Virus record (IMG/VR): IMGVR_UViG_3300017565_000004
Coordinates: 1,049 to 65,048 of that record
Direction: 5' to 3' (one strand)
Origin: a virus
DNA: 64,000 nt
Numbering within the stretch: position 1 is the stretch's first letter; each line of letters opens with the position of its first letter. Made by a program: the position numbers and the translations under genes. This document shows positions 48,991-58,917 of this stretch, in pieces. The notes under the pieces were generated by a model. The model was given only the letters and a program-made list of their open reading frames with translations, was not told the DNA's origin and searched no databases.

Positions 48991-49041
48991 CACTATATAC
49001 AATTTTTACTATTTTTTAACTAAAATTGGGGAGTGTTGATT

Positions 49042-49215
49042 GTGTCTCATATTAACTATATACGTAGTTTATCCAATTCGGTTCCGAAATATTCACGAAA
49101 TTCTAACGAAATTTTACGCAACGAGCGTCTATACGAAGGCTGCCACGAAATCGACGCCGATCCGGCCGATTATCAACGGTTTCATTACGGTCAAAAGGCG
49201 GTGCGTCTCGGATGA
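49042..49215 (+). CDS. Small hypothetical protein
   Basis: RBS GGGGAG; ATGA overlap with next gene. Confidence 0.5.
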   Translation: MSHINYIRSLSNSVPKYSRNSNEILRNERLYEGCHEIDADPADYQRFHYGQKAVRLG

Positions 49216-49787
49216 TTCTAACGCACATTGATCCGAAAGCCGGCACGCATTTTCCAGGCAAAATTTACGTAACTCAACACGCATTAGATCGTGCGGTCGA
49301 GCATTTTAAGGCTCCGCGGAATAAGGCGTCTGATTTTATCATAGAACGTCTGCGTAAAGCTGCTCTAATTGATAATAATTTCACAGGCGACAACGGTAGA
49401 GTCGTACGTTTGTTTACTTGCGAAGGCATTGCATTTATTTTGGACGCAAACGAGGCTACGGTGATTACGCTATACCCCGAACGTACGCAACGGCAGGAAA
49501 TGCTGACAAAAGCGGTAGGGGCGGCGGTAAGACGGGTTATTAAGTCCGCACAACGGACGGAAGCCACCGAGCTGAAACGATTAACGAAGCTCCGAGCGGA
49601 CGTTAACCTCGAACTGGCGACGGTCGAACATGGCATCGCGCACGGCTCCGGTAAGGCTACTATTCGTAAGCTTACGGAAAAAGCCGCGGAATTACGCGCG
49701 GAAATTGAGCGCATTGATAACGAAATTGTGACGACGAAACGCGCGAAAGCAACGGTATTGAAAAACGTGTGTGCATACGTAATGTGA
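49212..49787 (+). CDS. Hypothetical protein (THA..R/VITL domain plus coiled coil)
   Basis: VTQHALDRAVE...TVITLYP. Confidence 0.65.
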   Translation: MILTHIDPKAGTHFPGKIYVTQHALDRAVEHFKAPRNKASDFIIERLRKAALIDNNFTGDNGRVVRLFTCEGIAFILDANEATVITLYPERTQRQEMLTKAVGAAVRRVIKSAQRTEATELKRLTKLRADVNLELATVEHGIAHGSGKATIRKLTEKAAELRAEIERIDNEIVTTKRAKATVLKNVCAYVM

Positions 49788-49789
49788 TC

Positions 49790-50095
49790 GAAGTATTACC
49801 GATTAGGACTCGAAAGAGTCTTACGTCGGCAATGCGGTAGTAACCGGATAGTTTACGAACAACTCCGCGGTTACTATCGTATTGCGGACGTAAGAAGTAA
49901 GCCGGCTATTACACGGGTGCACACGTCAGTAATAGCGCAACTTACGTTCGAACGAATACTTAACGTATTGACCGCGAAGGCGACGCGGTATCCACGCCGT
50001 GGGGACGTTAAATAAGACACGGAAACCATATATCGCTGCGTGAAAATAGGCGGAGGCACGCCCGTCCCGCTCGGAGATTGTCCGAGTCCTCCGTC
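49790..50095 (+). ncRNA. Candidate structured RNA or leader upstream of the SSB gene
   Basis: Consecutive hairpins including a long stem at 49819-49895. Confidence 0.45.
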
Positions 50096-50123
50096 GACAA
50101 TAAAACGAAAAGGTGGCGTTTAT

Positions 50124-50924
50124 GTGAGTCAATTTACACGTAGAGGTTCGGCGGCAGTAGAGGCGGCAACGGCGGAAAGAGAGAATACGGCGAGCGCACA
50201 CGTTCCATTCCCGTCCGGCACGACGTTGAAAGTCCGTATCAAGTCGACGGAAGATTCGGCGGAATATTATGCGCACGGCATTTTCGGTAAAGTTAACACT
50301 TTTGTGCCAAAGACGCCAGCCGTCCGTAATGCACGCGGCTTTATCGAATCGAATCCGTCCGTATGGGATCGTGCGGCAGACTTATTGTACGCCGATGCTA
50401 AAGCGTTGAAAGAATCCGGCGACGAAAAGGGCGCGGAGAAAGTCCGTAACGAGGCGTATCTATTGAAGTCGAAAGCGCGCTACCTCGTTGGCTTCGGCAA
50501 TCTCGAAACGGGCGAGGATGGATTCGTCGACTTAACGCCGAAGCAGGCGAAAGGTGTGTTCGCGGCTATTACGAAGTATGCGAAGCGTCTCGATAAATTG
50601 GCGTTCGAACTATCGAAAACCGGCTCATCTACGGATACGGTCGTAACACTATCGCCTATCATCGATATGGACGAGGACTTGACGGAAGCAGAGCGCGCTA
50701 ACTTCGAAAAGGTAGGCGAAAAGCCGTTTGACTTCGCGGCATTCGAAGGCTTCCTATTCGAAGCGGACGAGGCGGAACAAACGAAGAATCTCGTAATTGC
50801 CGGATTCGACATCAGCCGATTAGGTCTATCGATTGGGGCGACAGCTAACGCTAGTGGCGAAACAGATAACGTCAAGCCACTCGAAGGCGACGGCGGCGAC
50901 GCTGATCCTACGAAAATATTCTAA
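50124..50924 (+). CDS. Putative single-stranded DNA-binding protein
   Basis: Replication context, LSKTGSSTDT, acidic tail ending in F; RBS AAAGGTGG. Confidence 0.6.
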   Translation: MSQFTRRGSAAVEAATAERENTASAHVPFPSGTTLKVRIKSTEDSAEYYAHGIFGKVNTFVPKTPAVRNARGFIESNPSVWDRAADLLYADAKALKESGDEKGAEKVRNEAYLLKSKARYLVGFGNLETGEDGFVDLTPKQAKGVFAAITKYAKRLDKLAFELSKTGSSTDTVVTLSPIIDMDEDLTEAERANFEKVGEKPFDFAAFEGFLFEADEAEQTKNLVIAGFDISRLGLSIGATANASGETDNVKPLEGDGGDADPTKIF

Positions 50925-50938
50925 CGGAGGACGCGCGC

Positions 50939-51121
50939 ATGGTTAACGTATTAGAACGACCGACTCCGAAGGCTTCCGGCAATGGGAACGGGCTTCCTCC
51001 GTTCCTGTTAACGGCGGCCGGCGGCAATAACGGTGATGATCCCGATAAGCGCGGCGATTTCATCGTAATCTTAACAGAGGGGCGTGATTTCTACGGCACA
51101 CGTAACGGAAATTACCGGTAG
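50939..51121 (+). CDS. Small hypothetical protein
   Basis: RBS GGAGG. Confidence 0.45.
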   Translation: MVNVLERPTPKASGNGNGLPPFLLTAAGGNNGDDPDKRGDFIVILTEGRDFYGTRNGNYR

Positions 51122-51494
51122 ATACGCGGAGTTAATTGCAAGGGCGGCATTGCTGGCGAATGGCTGGACGGTGCATACGGCGGACACGGACGAGGCGTAC
51201 GATATCCTGGCGACCGATCCGCTGTCCGGCGGGCACTATCGTATCCAAGTGAAAACGATTCGTCAACGGACCGACCGCGGCAATGAACTCGTTGTATACG
51301 CGAAGAAAGGGAACGGCGAAGTTTATACGAAGGCCGATGCTGACTATATCGTTGGTGTGTGGGCGGATAACGGCGTCGTACCTCGCGTGTACATGTTCGA
51401 GAACCGCGAGTTGTCGGAGTACTGGGCCACTGAACAACGTGCGACAGAGCGTTGGATTGAATTACCTATTACGTTAGACAGAACGAATTTTTGA
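51084..51494 (+). CDS. PD-(D/E)XK endonuclease
   Basis: G..AE, AYDIL, RIQVKT. Confidence 0.78.
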   Translation: MISTAHVTEITGRYAELIARAALLANGWTVHTADTDEAYDILATDPLSGGHYRIQVKTIRQRTDRGNELVVYAKKGNGEVYTKADADYIVGVWADNGVVPRVYMFENRELSEYWATEQRATERWIELPITLDRTNF

Positions 51495-51503
51495 GGCGGG
51501 CTT

Positions 51504-52163
51504 ATGTTGGTAATTTATACAATTACGAATTTAATTAACCACAAAGTTTATGTTGGTTCAACAACTAACACGTCTTCTAGATTTTCAAAGCATAGAAGCA
51601 TGTTAAGAAAAGGTACACATAGAAATAGACTTCTCCAAGAAGATTACAATACTCACGGAATAAGCAACCTATTGTTTTCTGTGGCCGAAAGCCATGTACC
51701 CGTAGAGAGAAGATACGCACGGGAGCAATATTGGATGGACTATTATAAACGCCGCGCCGACTTATATAATATCCTACCAATTGCTGGGAGCGCGAAAGGG
51801 AGAAAATACACGCAGGAAACACTTCAAAAGATGTCGGAGGCAGCTAAAGGAAGAACCATAACGGACCGTCAACGGAGTTTACTTAGAGAACGTAACTTAG
51901 GTAAGAAAGCGTCCATTCAAACAAGACAAAAGATGTCTGACTCACAACGTATGTTAGACAGGACTGGCGAGAACGGATCCGGTTCAAAACTAACAAGAGT
52001 ACAAGCGGTAGAGATAATTTCGAAGTTGCTACTAGGGCATAAGCAGTCGGAGTTGTCGGAAGAGTACGGTATATCTAGAGGGGCAATAGGACATCTGTGG
52101 CATGGTCGGACATGGAAGGAGTTACAATCCATGAAACATAAGGAACAGGAGGCGACCGTCTAA
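51504..52163 (+). CDS. GIY-YIG homing endonuclease with NUMOD3 repeats
   Basis: VIYTITN...YVGST, REQYW, YN; ETLQKMS and QTRQKMS. Confidence 0.88.
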   Translation: MLVIYTITNLINHKVYVGSTTNTSSRFSKHRSMLRKGTHRNRLLQEDYNTHGISNLLFSVAESHVPVERRYAREQYWMDYYKRRADLYNILPIAGSAKGRKYTQETLQKMSEAAKGRTITDRQRSLLRERNLGKKASIQTRQKMSDSQRMLDRTGENGSGSKLTRVQAVEIISKLLLGHKQSELSEEYGISRGAIGHLWHGRTWKELQSMKHKEQEATV

Positions 52164-52369
52164 TGCGCGAGTTACCGATTAATCCGCCGGAGCCGGTCGA
52201 GGTCGCGGAGTGTGCGTGGTGTGGCGGCGAGATTTACGAAGGTGACGAGGTTGCGCGGCTGTCGTCCGGCGAGGGATTCGTCCATCACGACAGGTGTTCG
52301 TTAGAATACGCAAGGTCAATCGTATACGACGAGGCCGGCGTAATCGACCGTAATAAAAATATATCGTAG
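52163..52369 (+). CDS. Small zinc-finger protein
   Basis: CAWCGGEIYEGD...HHDRC. Confidence 0.65.
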   Translation: MRELPINPPEPVEVAECAWCGGEIYEGDEVARLSSGEGFVHHDRCSLEYARSIVYDEAGVIDRNKNIS

Positions 52370-52383
52370 GGAGCGATGTGTAA

Positions 52384-53421
52384 ATGGCAGCAATCGCAAA
52401 TGTAAAGGTTATCGAAAGTATGATCGAGGTTGACGGAGTTAATTATCGTAAAGCTAACCGCCCTGTACGCGAGGGCGATATCGTTAAGGCTAACGAAATT
52501 AATATCGACATTACTATCGGTAAATTCTACGCGGTAGAGTCGGTGGATGGCGAGGACTTTACGTTCGTTGACGATGACGGCGATTTCCGTACGCGTTATA
52601 TTGGCGATGAGGATTACGAGGTATACGAGAAGGTGACGGAGGCCGCGCAGCCGGAATCGGACGAGCTGTTTACGTACAAAGGCAACAAGTATCGTAAGGT
52701 CAAACGTAAAGCGGCGGTCGGCGAGCGTATATTGATCGTGAAGGAGTGCGGTAGTTTCGGGAAATATAAAAATGGCGATACCCTCGTTGTTGATAGGTTG
52801 TACGCAAGCATCGGAATTGAATCGAATGCGGCGAGAACGAGAAACGGCGCTAATGACGCTGGATTTATCAGTCATGAAGAATACGTCGTACTCGAACCTG
52901 TGAAATCCGCCGATCCTCCGAAACCAGCTACGCCACCAGCACGCATTCCAGTCGGCAGTTACGTTAAGATTACGAACGGTGACGACTTACCAAACGGATC
53001 AATTGCGAAGGTGCTGAGCGACGACAAGGATTGGGCACCGTATAAATGCGAACTACTCGACGGTAGCGACTACGATTATTTGACCGCCGATGATTTCGAG
53101 GTACTATCCGAAGCCGAAGCGAAAGCTGCAGTCGAGGCGGAGGCCGAGCGTCAGAAATGGGCGGCAATCGGGCGTGAGGTCAATGAGTATAAACGCGGTG
53201 ATATCGTACATTACGTCTGTAAGAACGGCAGCATCGGAATCGGGACGGTCGAGGATGTTGGTCAACACGCTATCGGCGTGCGTAACGATATTAAAACGCA
53301 TAGTGACGCGAAGTACAAAGGTGTATTCTTCCGCGAGAGAGATACCGCAACGCTTATTGTTCCCGTAGAGCAACGCTTTGATCGCACAGAGGCGATGGAG
53401 GCTGCGGGGGTGGCGTACTAA
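52384..53421 (+). CDS. Protein with tandem SH3-like modules
   Basis: Repeated YRKxxR...GD/GE units. Confidence 0.7.
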   Translation: MAAIANVKVIESMIEVDGVNYRKANRPVREGDIVKANEINIDITIGKFYAVESVDGEDFTFVDDDGDFRTRYIGDEDYEVYEKVTEAAQPESDELFTYKGNKYRKVKRKAAVGERILIVKECGSFGKYKNGDTLVVDRLYASIGIESNAARTRNGANDAGFISHEEYVVLEPVKSADPPKPATPPARIPVGSYVKITNGDDLPNGSIAKVLSDDKDWAPYKCELLDGSDYDYLTADDFEVLSEAEAKAAVEAEAERQKWAAIGREVNEYKRGDIVHYVCKNGSIGIGTVEDVGQHAIGVRNDIKTHSDAKYKGVFFRERDTATLIVPVEQRFDRTEAMEAAGVAY

Positions 53422-55586
53422 TGCAACTATCCGTCAACCTAAAACGGAAGCCGACCGGCAAGCTGGCGGACGTGGCGGCGGAAAAACAGCGTAGCGCAGC
53501 CGAATCGTTGGAGGACGCGTGGCAGAGAATCCTAGCGATGAATAATAGCGAACCGGATACCGCCCGGCTACTAGCGGTAAAGTCTGCAATGGCGGAGGGC
53601 ACTATAGGCAGGTCGCCCTCCCATGCGGGCAAGCGGTTTAGCAAAGCGGAAGCACTCCGGATATATGCCGATCTAGCCGAGCGTAACAAGGCGGCAACCT
53701 TGCGCTCGATGGTCGAAAATACTCCGTCACACTACGCCTTAGTCCGTAACGCTGCAGAACTACAGCGAATGGCAACGATTGTTTCCGCGGCAGACATTAT
53801 CGCAATCGACTGCGAAACGTTTGGCACGCCGGACAACCGTGACGCCGCGCTTGATCCGTGGACTGGTGAAATGGCGGGGTTTTCCGTATCCACTCGGACA
53901 CATTCGTTCTACGTTCCGCTGCAGCATACGGAAAAGACCGCGCTTGACGCCGACAAAGTGTTCACCGTAATGAAGCCGATCCTTGAACGTGTACCGTCCG
54001 TACAGCATAACGCTCCGTTCGACTGTAAATGGTTCTACGTTAAATATGGCGTAGATATTATTACGAATTTACACGCAGACACGCGGCTTATGGCGATGTC
54101 ACTCGATGAAAATCGTAACCACCGTCTAAAGGACTTAGTGACGGATTGGCTCGGATTACCTGGCGATAACTTCGATCAACTATTCGGAAAAACGCCGTTT
54201 AACGAAGTACCGCTCGATGTGGCGCTTGCGTACGCCGCGGCTGATACGGAGAAAACGTTAAAGCTATACGATTGGATACGGGCGCAGTACGGACGTCGCG
54301 ACGATTTGCTGGCGATTGAGCGCTTAGTGTTTGACGTAGAAATGCCGGTTATGCGGAAGTTTATTCGTTCGGATATTCGTGGCATACGATTCGATACGGA
54401 AATGGCCGCGGAGCTTGACGCTAAGTTTGCCGAGGAAGAAGCGGAACTGCAGTCGCAGATTTACGAAATGTTGGGCGAGGAGATTAATCTTAATTCCCCG
54501 TCACAACTGGCGCGGAAACTGTACGGCGACTTACGGCTAACTGACTACGATAAAGGCTCGACGGGCGTCCGCTCATTGAAACGTATAAAGCGCGAGCATC
54601 CGGTTATATCGCTAATCCTATCGTATCGTGAAGTCGGTAAACTGCGGCAGGCGTTTACGTCGAAATTACCGAAAGCCGTGAAGTATGACGGGAAGATTCA
54701 TCCGTGGCATAACACATGGGGCGCCGCGACCGGAAGGTTTACGTGCCGCGATCCGAATACTCAGCAGATTCCGGCGAAACGTCCGGAAATACGTCACTTA
54801 TTTATGGCTACGGGTCCCGACCGTATTCTCGTATCGATTGACTATTCGCAAATTGAACTCCGCGTACTGGCGCATATGGCCGGCGAAACGGTGCTAATTG
54901 AAGCGTTCGAACAAGGCCGCGACATTCACTCGACGACTGCCGCGCTAATATCGAAAGGCCAGTTTACGTACGAAGAAATCGAACGTTACAAAGATACGGA
55001 AGGTCACGCGGCCGCAAAGTTCCGTAAGCAGGCGAAGATCGTTAACTTCGGTATCGTCTACGGAATGGGCGCTGGTAAACTAGCAGATACACTCGAAATT
55101 ACGAAGCAAGCCGCGCAGGAAATCATCGATAACTACTTCGCCGGCTATCCGATGATTAAACGTTATATGGACGAGCAGCAGGCGGCGGTCATGCGAAACG
55201 GTTATGTGACAGGGCTTCTCGGACGTAAACGTAGGCTGCACGAACAGGTCCGCGCAAAGGATCGCTGGAAAGTGTTCTCGGCACAACGTATGGCTGGTAA
55301 CTTTCCGATACAAGAGGGCGCCGGCACGATACTAAAGAAAGCTATCGTTGACCTTGACGAAGTGCTACCGTTATACGATTCGTACATCCTGCTACAGGTC
55401 CATGACGAGCTGGTCGTAGACTGCCCGAAGAATATTTCGGAAGAGGCGCTCGATCACATTAGGCGTACGATGGAACAGGCGGTTCCGTTACGGTGTCCTG
55501 TACGTTGCGACGTCGAGATTAATCCGGAGCGATGGCTTAAAAAGGTCGATGTTGACGCGTGGTTTAGCGAAGATGGCGACGAATAA
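53421..55586 (+). CDS. polA: Family A DNA polymerase with 3'-5' exonuclease
   Basis: IDCET, HNAPFD, ATGRF, DYSQIELR, AKIVNFGIVYG, QVHDE. Confidence 0.95.
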   Translation: MQLSVNLKRKPTGKLADVAAEKQRSAAESLEDAWQRILAMNNSEPDTARLLAVKSAMAEGTIGRSPSHAGKRFSKAEALRIYADLAERNKAATLRSMVENTPSHYALVRNAAELQRMATIVSAADIIAIDCETFGTPDNRDAALDPWTGEMAGFSVSTRTHSFYVPLQHTEKTALDADKVFTVMKPILERVPSVQHNAPFDCKWFYVKYGVDIITNLHADTRLMAMSLDENRNHRLKDLVTDWLGLPGDNFDQLFGKTPFNEVPLDVALAYAAADTEKTLKLYDWIRAQYGRRDDLLAIERLVFDVEMPVMRKFIRSDIRGIRFDTEMAAELDAKFAEEEAELQSQIYEMLGEEINLNSPSQLARKLYGDLRLTDYDKGSTGVRSLKRIKREHPVISLILSYREVGKLRQAFTSKLPKAVKYDGKIHPWHNTWGAATGRFTCRDPNTQQIPAKRPEIRHLFMATGPDRILVSIDYSQIELRVLAHMAGETVLIEAFEQGRDIHSTTAALISKGQFTYEEIERYKDTEGHAAAKFRKQAKIVNFGIVYGMGAGKLADTLEITKQAAQEIIDNYFAGYPMIKRYMDEQQAAVMRNGYVTGLLGRKRRLHEQVRAKDRWKVFSAQRMAGNFPIQEGAGTILKKAIVDLDEVLPLYDSYILLQVHDELVVDCPKNISEEALDHIRRTMEQAVPLRCPVRCDVEINPERWLKKVDVDAWFSEDGDE

Positions 55587-55608
55587 AAACGATTAGGAGG
55601 CGGTATAG

Positions 55609-56691
55609 ATCGGACATTTCCAACGAGTTTCATACGATATTCCACGTGGCGACACGTTAGTTAACGATTTCTTAACGCAAGTAGACGCATATTACGCGAG
55701 TCCGGCATCGTCGTTCTATGACGACCGTATTCTCCGGAAATTCTACGGACAGAAGCTCGCTCACCTCGGATATAAACCGTATCCAAACGACGGTCTCGTA
55801 ACGTTCGGCGCGTCTGGCACGGCGATGTGCGACCGGCAACTCGTATTCAAGAACGATAAAGCGACGAAGCCGGAGAAGTCCGACGACATCCCGTTCAGAG
55901 GACGCCAGCGCCGGCAAGGAACCGCTATCGTCGATTTCGTACAGCTCGATATCCTGCATATGCCGAAGCGTATCGGAACCGCCGCTAAGTTTACAATGGC
56001 TGTTCGTGATAATAAGGAATGGGACTTTGAGGAAGCGGCGCAGGAAAGGCGGACGTTCTCGTGGCCGCATCCGGAAACAGGCGAAGTTATCTCGTTCGCT
56101 ATAACGGCTAAGCCCGACGGTAAATTCGTATACGAACCGGACGGCAGCCGGATCATTTTCGAATATAAGACGAAAGCGTCCGGCCTCCGCGCCATGAACA
56201 GTAAACTCGATTTCAAAGGCGCGCAGGACGATCACGTCCGCCAAGTAACGGCAGAAGCGCTCGTATTCGGCATTGACGAGGCGCTCATCGTATACGAATC
56301 GACGCAGAAGCCGGCGTGGTTTTCGGACGAGGATAACCGTAACGTGACGAAGGGCGCGAAAACGTGGGCAGACGGCCGGCCGCTATCGGATTTCCGACCG
56401 TTTTACGTAGAGATTACGGAGGATATGAAGGCGGCGTTACTGTCCGATCTAGCACGGCAAGCGGCGTTAGTGTACGAATCGCGGGGCGAAGGCGGAGCGA
56501 TACCGGAAGTGACCGTCGAGTCTACCGGTAAATGCGGTTTCTGCCAATTCGCGGAACACTGCCGCAAGACGATATCGGCGGATAACTTGGCGAAGCTACA
56601 GCGGCAGGAAGCGGCGATGGCTGCGTCGAGCATGGCGGGTAAGGTGGATCATCGTAATTTAACGAAATATTTATCGGAGGTGGCGGTTTAA
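55609..56691 (+). CDS. Cas4-like PD-(D/E)XK exonuclease (ATC start)
   Basis: KPDG, EYKT, C-terminal CGFC..C; AGGAGG 8 nt before ATC 55609. Confidence 0.75.
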   Translation: MGHFQRVSYDIPRGDTLVNDFLTQVDAYYASPASSFYDDRILRKFYGQKLAHLGYKPYPNDGLVTFGASGTAMCDRQLVFKNDKATKPEKSDDIPFRGRQRRQGTAIVDFVQLDILHMPKRIGTAAKFTMAVRDNKEWDFEEAAQERRTFSWPHPETGEVISFAITAKPDGKFVYEPDGSRIIFEYKTKASGLRAMNSKLDFKGAQDDHVRQVTAEALVFGIDEALIVYESTQKPAWFSDEDNRNVTKGAKTWADGRPLSDFRPFYVEITEDMKAALLSDLARQAALVYESRGEGGAIPEVTVESTGKCGFCQFAEHCRKTISADNLAKLQRQEAAMAASSMAGKVDHRNLTKYLSEVAV

Positions 56692-56966
56692 TGAAAGGTA
56701 AATTCACATTAATATCGGTAACTGATCGTAAAACAGGCGCATCGCTTTCGCGTGACTTTGATCGAGTTGGCGCGGAGTGTCGTATTAGTGAAATCGAACA
56801 GGGCGCTCCCTTCTTTTTCTCTTATACGGAAGATCTGGAAGGAGTCATTCGAACAAGTCGTGTAGTCGATTGGATCCACAATGTAACCAACGGAATAGTA
56901 ATCGTCAATACGAAGAATACCTCATATGTGTTTAAGGAGGCGCCCGCCAATGTTAACGAAGTTTGA
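56691..56966 (+). CDS. Hypothetical protein
   Basis: TAATG coupling; IRTSRV...TKNTSY. Confidence 0.65.
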   Translation: MKGKFTLISVTDRKTGASLSRDFDRVGAECRISEIEQGAPFFFSYTEDLEGVIRTSRVVDWIHNVTNGIVIVNTKNTSYVFKEAPANVNEV

Positions 56967-57042
56967 CCGATTACTTGACGGAATCCTAACGAAATTACTA
57001 CGTACACGTTACGTATCATGCTAAAAGGAGGCGAACGATTTA

Positions 57043-57429
57043 ATGACGGAACAACTAACGAATAAGCTTATCGAGTATTTGGACGCAATCGGTGAGGCAC
57101 TAGGCGTTGCTGCGCCACATGTTTACGAATTAATGATACGCCAACAAGTAATTGGAGGATCGCTGTGGGTAGCGGTTATTGTGGTCTTGATGGTAGTAAT
57201 AGCGTTATTGGCACGATTATCGCTGAAAAAGTTGAACGGTAAATACCGGAAGGAATCTTACAGAGCGGATGAGGAGTTTAATAATGCACTAACATTTTGG
57301 AAAGGGACAGTTTGGGCTTTCGGGATCGTCGTGTTATTTATTTTAGCATTATGTCTGCCACATAACATCGTCCGCATAGTCAATCCGGAATATTACGTTA
57401 TCAAAGAACTTCTCTCAATTATATCGTAA
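57043..57429 (+). CDS. Membrane protein (2 TM)
   Basis: Hydrophobic segments; NPEYY. Confidence 0.75.
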   Translation: MTEQLTNKLIEYLDAIGEALGVAAPHVYELMIRQQVIGGSLWVAVIVVLMVVIALLARLSLKKLNGKYRKESYRADEEFNNALTFWKGTVWAFGIVVLFILALCLPHNIVRIVNPEYYVIKELLSIIS

Positions 57430-57441
57430 GGAGGCGAGCGG

Positions 57442-57648
57442 ATGAAGTGGTTAAAACATGTTGTAGCGGCGTTACTAATAACGCTAAGTGCTGCGTTAGG
57501 CATCGAGTATATCATGCTAACTATTCGTAGCCTATACGAAACTTTGACGACTAGCGTGGTTGCTGCGGTAATTTACGGGGCTTTATTCTTATTCGTTCTA
57601 TACGTTACGATCACCGTCGAAATCGAAGGAGGCGGGGCGGATGATTAG
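57442..57648 (+). CDS. Small membrane protein
   Basis: 2 TM; RBS AAGGAGG. Confidence 0.65.
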   Translation: MKWLKHVVAALLITLSAALGIEYIMLTIRSLYETLTTSVVAAVIYGALFLFVLYVTITVEIEGGGADD

Positions 57649-57865
57649 AAAAGTAGGGGCGGGCATCCTGTATGGATTAGCCTTGTACGTATGCAGCTTC
57701 GCGTTACTTTTAGTTTTTATCATGTCGTACTTGTTCGTCACGTCCGGCGAAACGTTATTAGTAACGGTATGTGTAATGTTATTTATTAGCGTAGGAGCAG
57801 GCGTTTATTTCGAAATTAAAGGCGGTGATGATCGTAGCGACAGCGAAAACACTACGCAAGACTAA
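57641..57865 (+). CDS. Small membrane protein
   Basis: 2 TM; RBS AAGGAGG. Confidence 0.6.
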   Translation: MIRKVGAGILYGLALYVCSFALLLVFIMSYLFVTSGETLLVTVCVMLFISVGAGVYFEIKGGDDRSDSENTTQD

Positions 57866-58373
57866 ACCGCCAGCCGACCGCTATCTCATCTACGATATAT
57901 CGTTAACCTCGCCGGGCTTCGCGGCAATCGACGTTTCAGACCGTAAGCCAACGTTAATTACGTCATCACACGTTAAGACCGACGCAAGCCAGCCCGACGG
58001 GCAGCGGTACGCCATTATCGAGGCGTTTGCGATAACAACCGCTTCAACGTACGGAAATAGCAACGCTATTGTAGTACGTGAGGACTATAAGAATCCGAAG
58101 CAGAAGCGGCAAGGTCAGACGATATTCGGCGCGTGGGCGGCGGTCGATAGCGGATTACAACGGTGTGGGCTACGGGTAACGGAGGAGGTCAACGCAAGCA
58201 CCGTTAAACGCGTCGTCGGCGGGCACGGTAAGGCGGATAAGGACGAAGTGGCTGCGGGCGTGCGGAGGATTCTCGGACTAGCGGATGACTTCGTATTCGC
58301 GACCGATGACGAATCCGATAGCGTAGCGATTGGCTTAACGTATCTCATCGAAAAGGGGCTGATTGACGTATGA
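57825..58373 (+). CDS. RuvC-like Holliday junction resolvase
   Basis: DISLTSPGFA, VRED, VKRVVGGHGKADK, DESDS. Confidence 0.85.
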   Translation: MMIVATAKTLRKTKPPADRYLIYDISLTSPGFAAIDVSDRKPTLITSSHVKTDASQPDGQRYAIIEAFAITTASTYGNSNAIVVREDYKNPKQKRQGQTIFGAWAAVDSGLQRCGLRVTEEVNASTVKRVVGGHGKADKDEVAAGVRRILGLADDFVFATDDESDSVAIGLTYLIEKGLIDV

Positions 58374-58549
58374 ATCCGGTATTCACGTGGCAGGAGCGGC
58401 ACTATTACGCCCTCCTCCGCGAACGTGACGAGCTACGCTATCAGATCGAACTATACAGCGGGTGGATTGCTAAAAAGGAACGTCGCATCGGCAATATTGA
58501 AGTGGAACTGGCGAAGTTTGAACGGAAGGAAGGCGAAGCGGCGGAATGA
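58370..58549 (+). CDS. 59-aa coiled-coil protein (not in the ORF track)
   Basis: ATGA overlaps at both ends. Confidence 0.55.
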   Translation: MNPVFTWQERHYYALLRERDELRYQIELYSGWIAKKERRIGNIEVELAKFERKEGEAAE

Positions 58550-58917
58550 TTATCGCTTACTATTCGCTGACCGGCAATGTCCGGCGCTTCGTCGGCAAAC
58601 TCGGTCGGCCGGGCGCGCTGTATACGATTGAGCCGGGGCTTGGCGCGGTATTGACGGAGCCGTTCGTGCTTATTACGCCGACGACCGGCTTCGGACAAGT
58701 GCCGGCGACCGTAGCGGAGTTCCTTACGAATAATTCCGATATGCTGGCGGGCGTGGTTGCGAGCGGAAATCGGAATTGGGCCGGTAATTACGGTAAAGCC
58801 GGCCGGTTAATATCGGAGCAGTACGCTGTACCGCTGATTCATACGTTCGAATTATCCGGCACGGACGCGGACGTACGGATCGTTAACGAATATATCGAAG
58901 GGATGGCGATTGAGTGA
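58546..58917 (+). CDS. nrdI: Class Ib RNR flavodoxin
   Basis: YYSLTGNVRRF, SGNRNW, FELSGT. Confidence 0.93.
   Translation: MIIAYYSLTGNVRRFVGKLGRPGALYTIEPGLGAVLTEPFVLITPTTGFGQVPATVAEFLTNNSDMLAGVVASGNRNWAGNYGKAGRLISEQYAVPLIHTFELSGTDADVRIVNEYIEGMAIE

Noticed and set aside
55609-56691. Cas4-like gene as a CRISPR system
   Set aside because: It stands alone in the replication module with no array, cas1 or cas2
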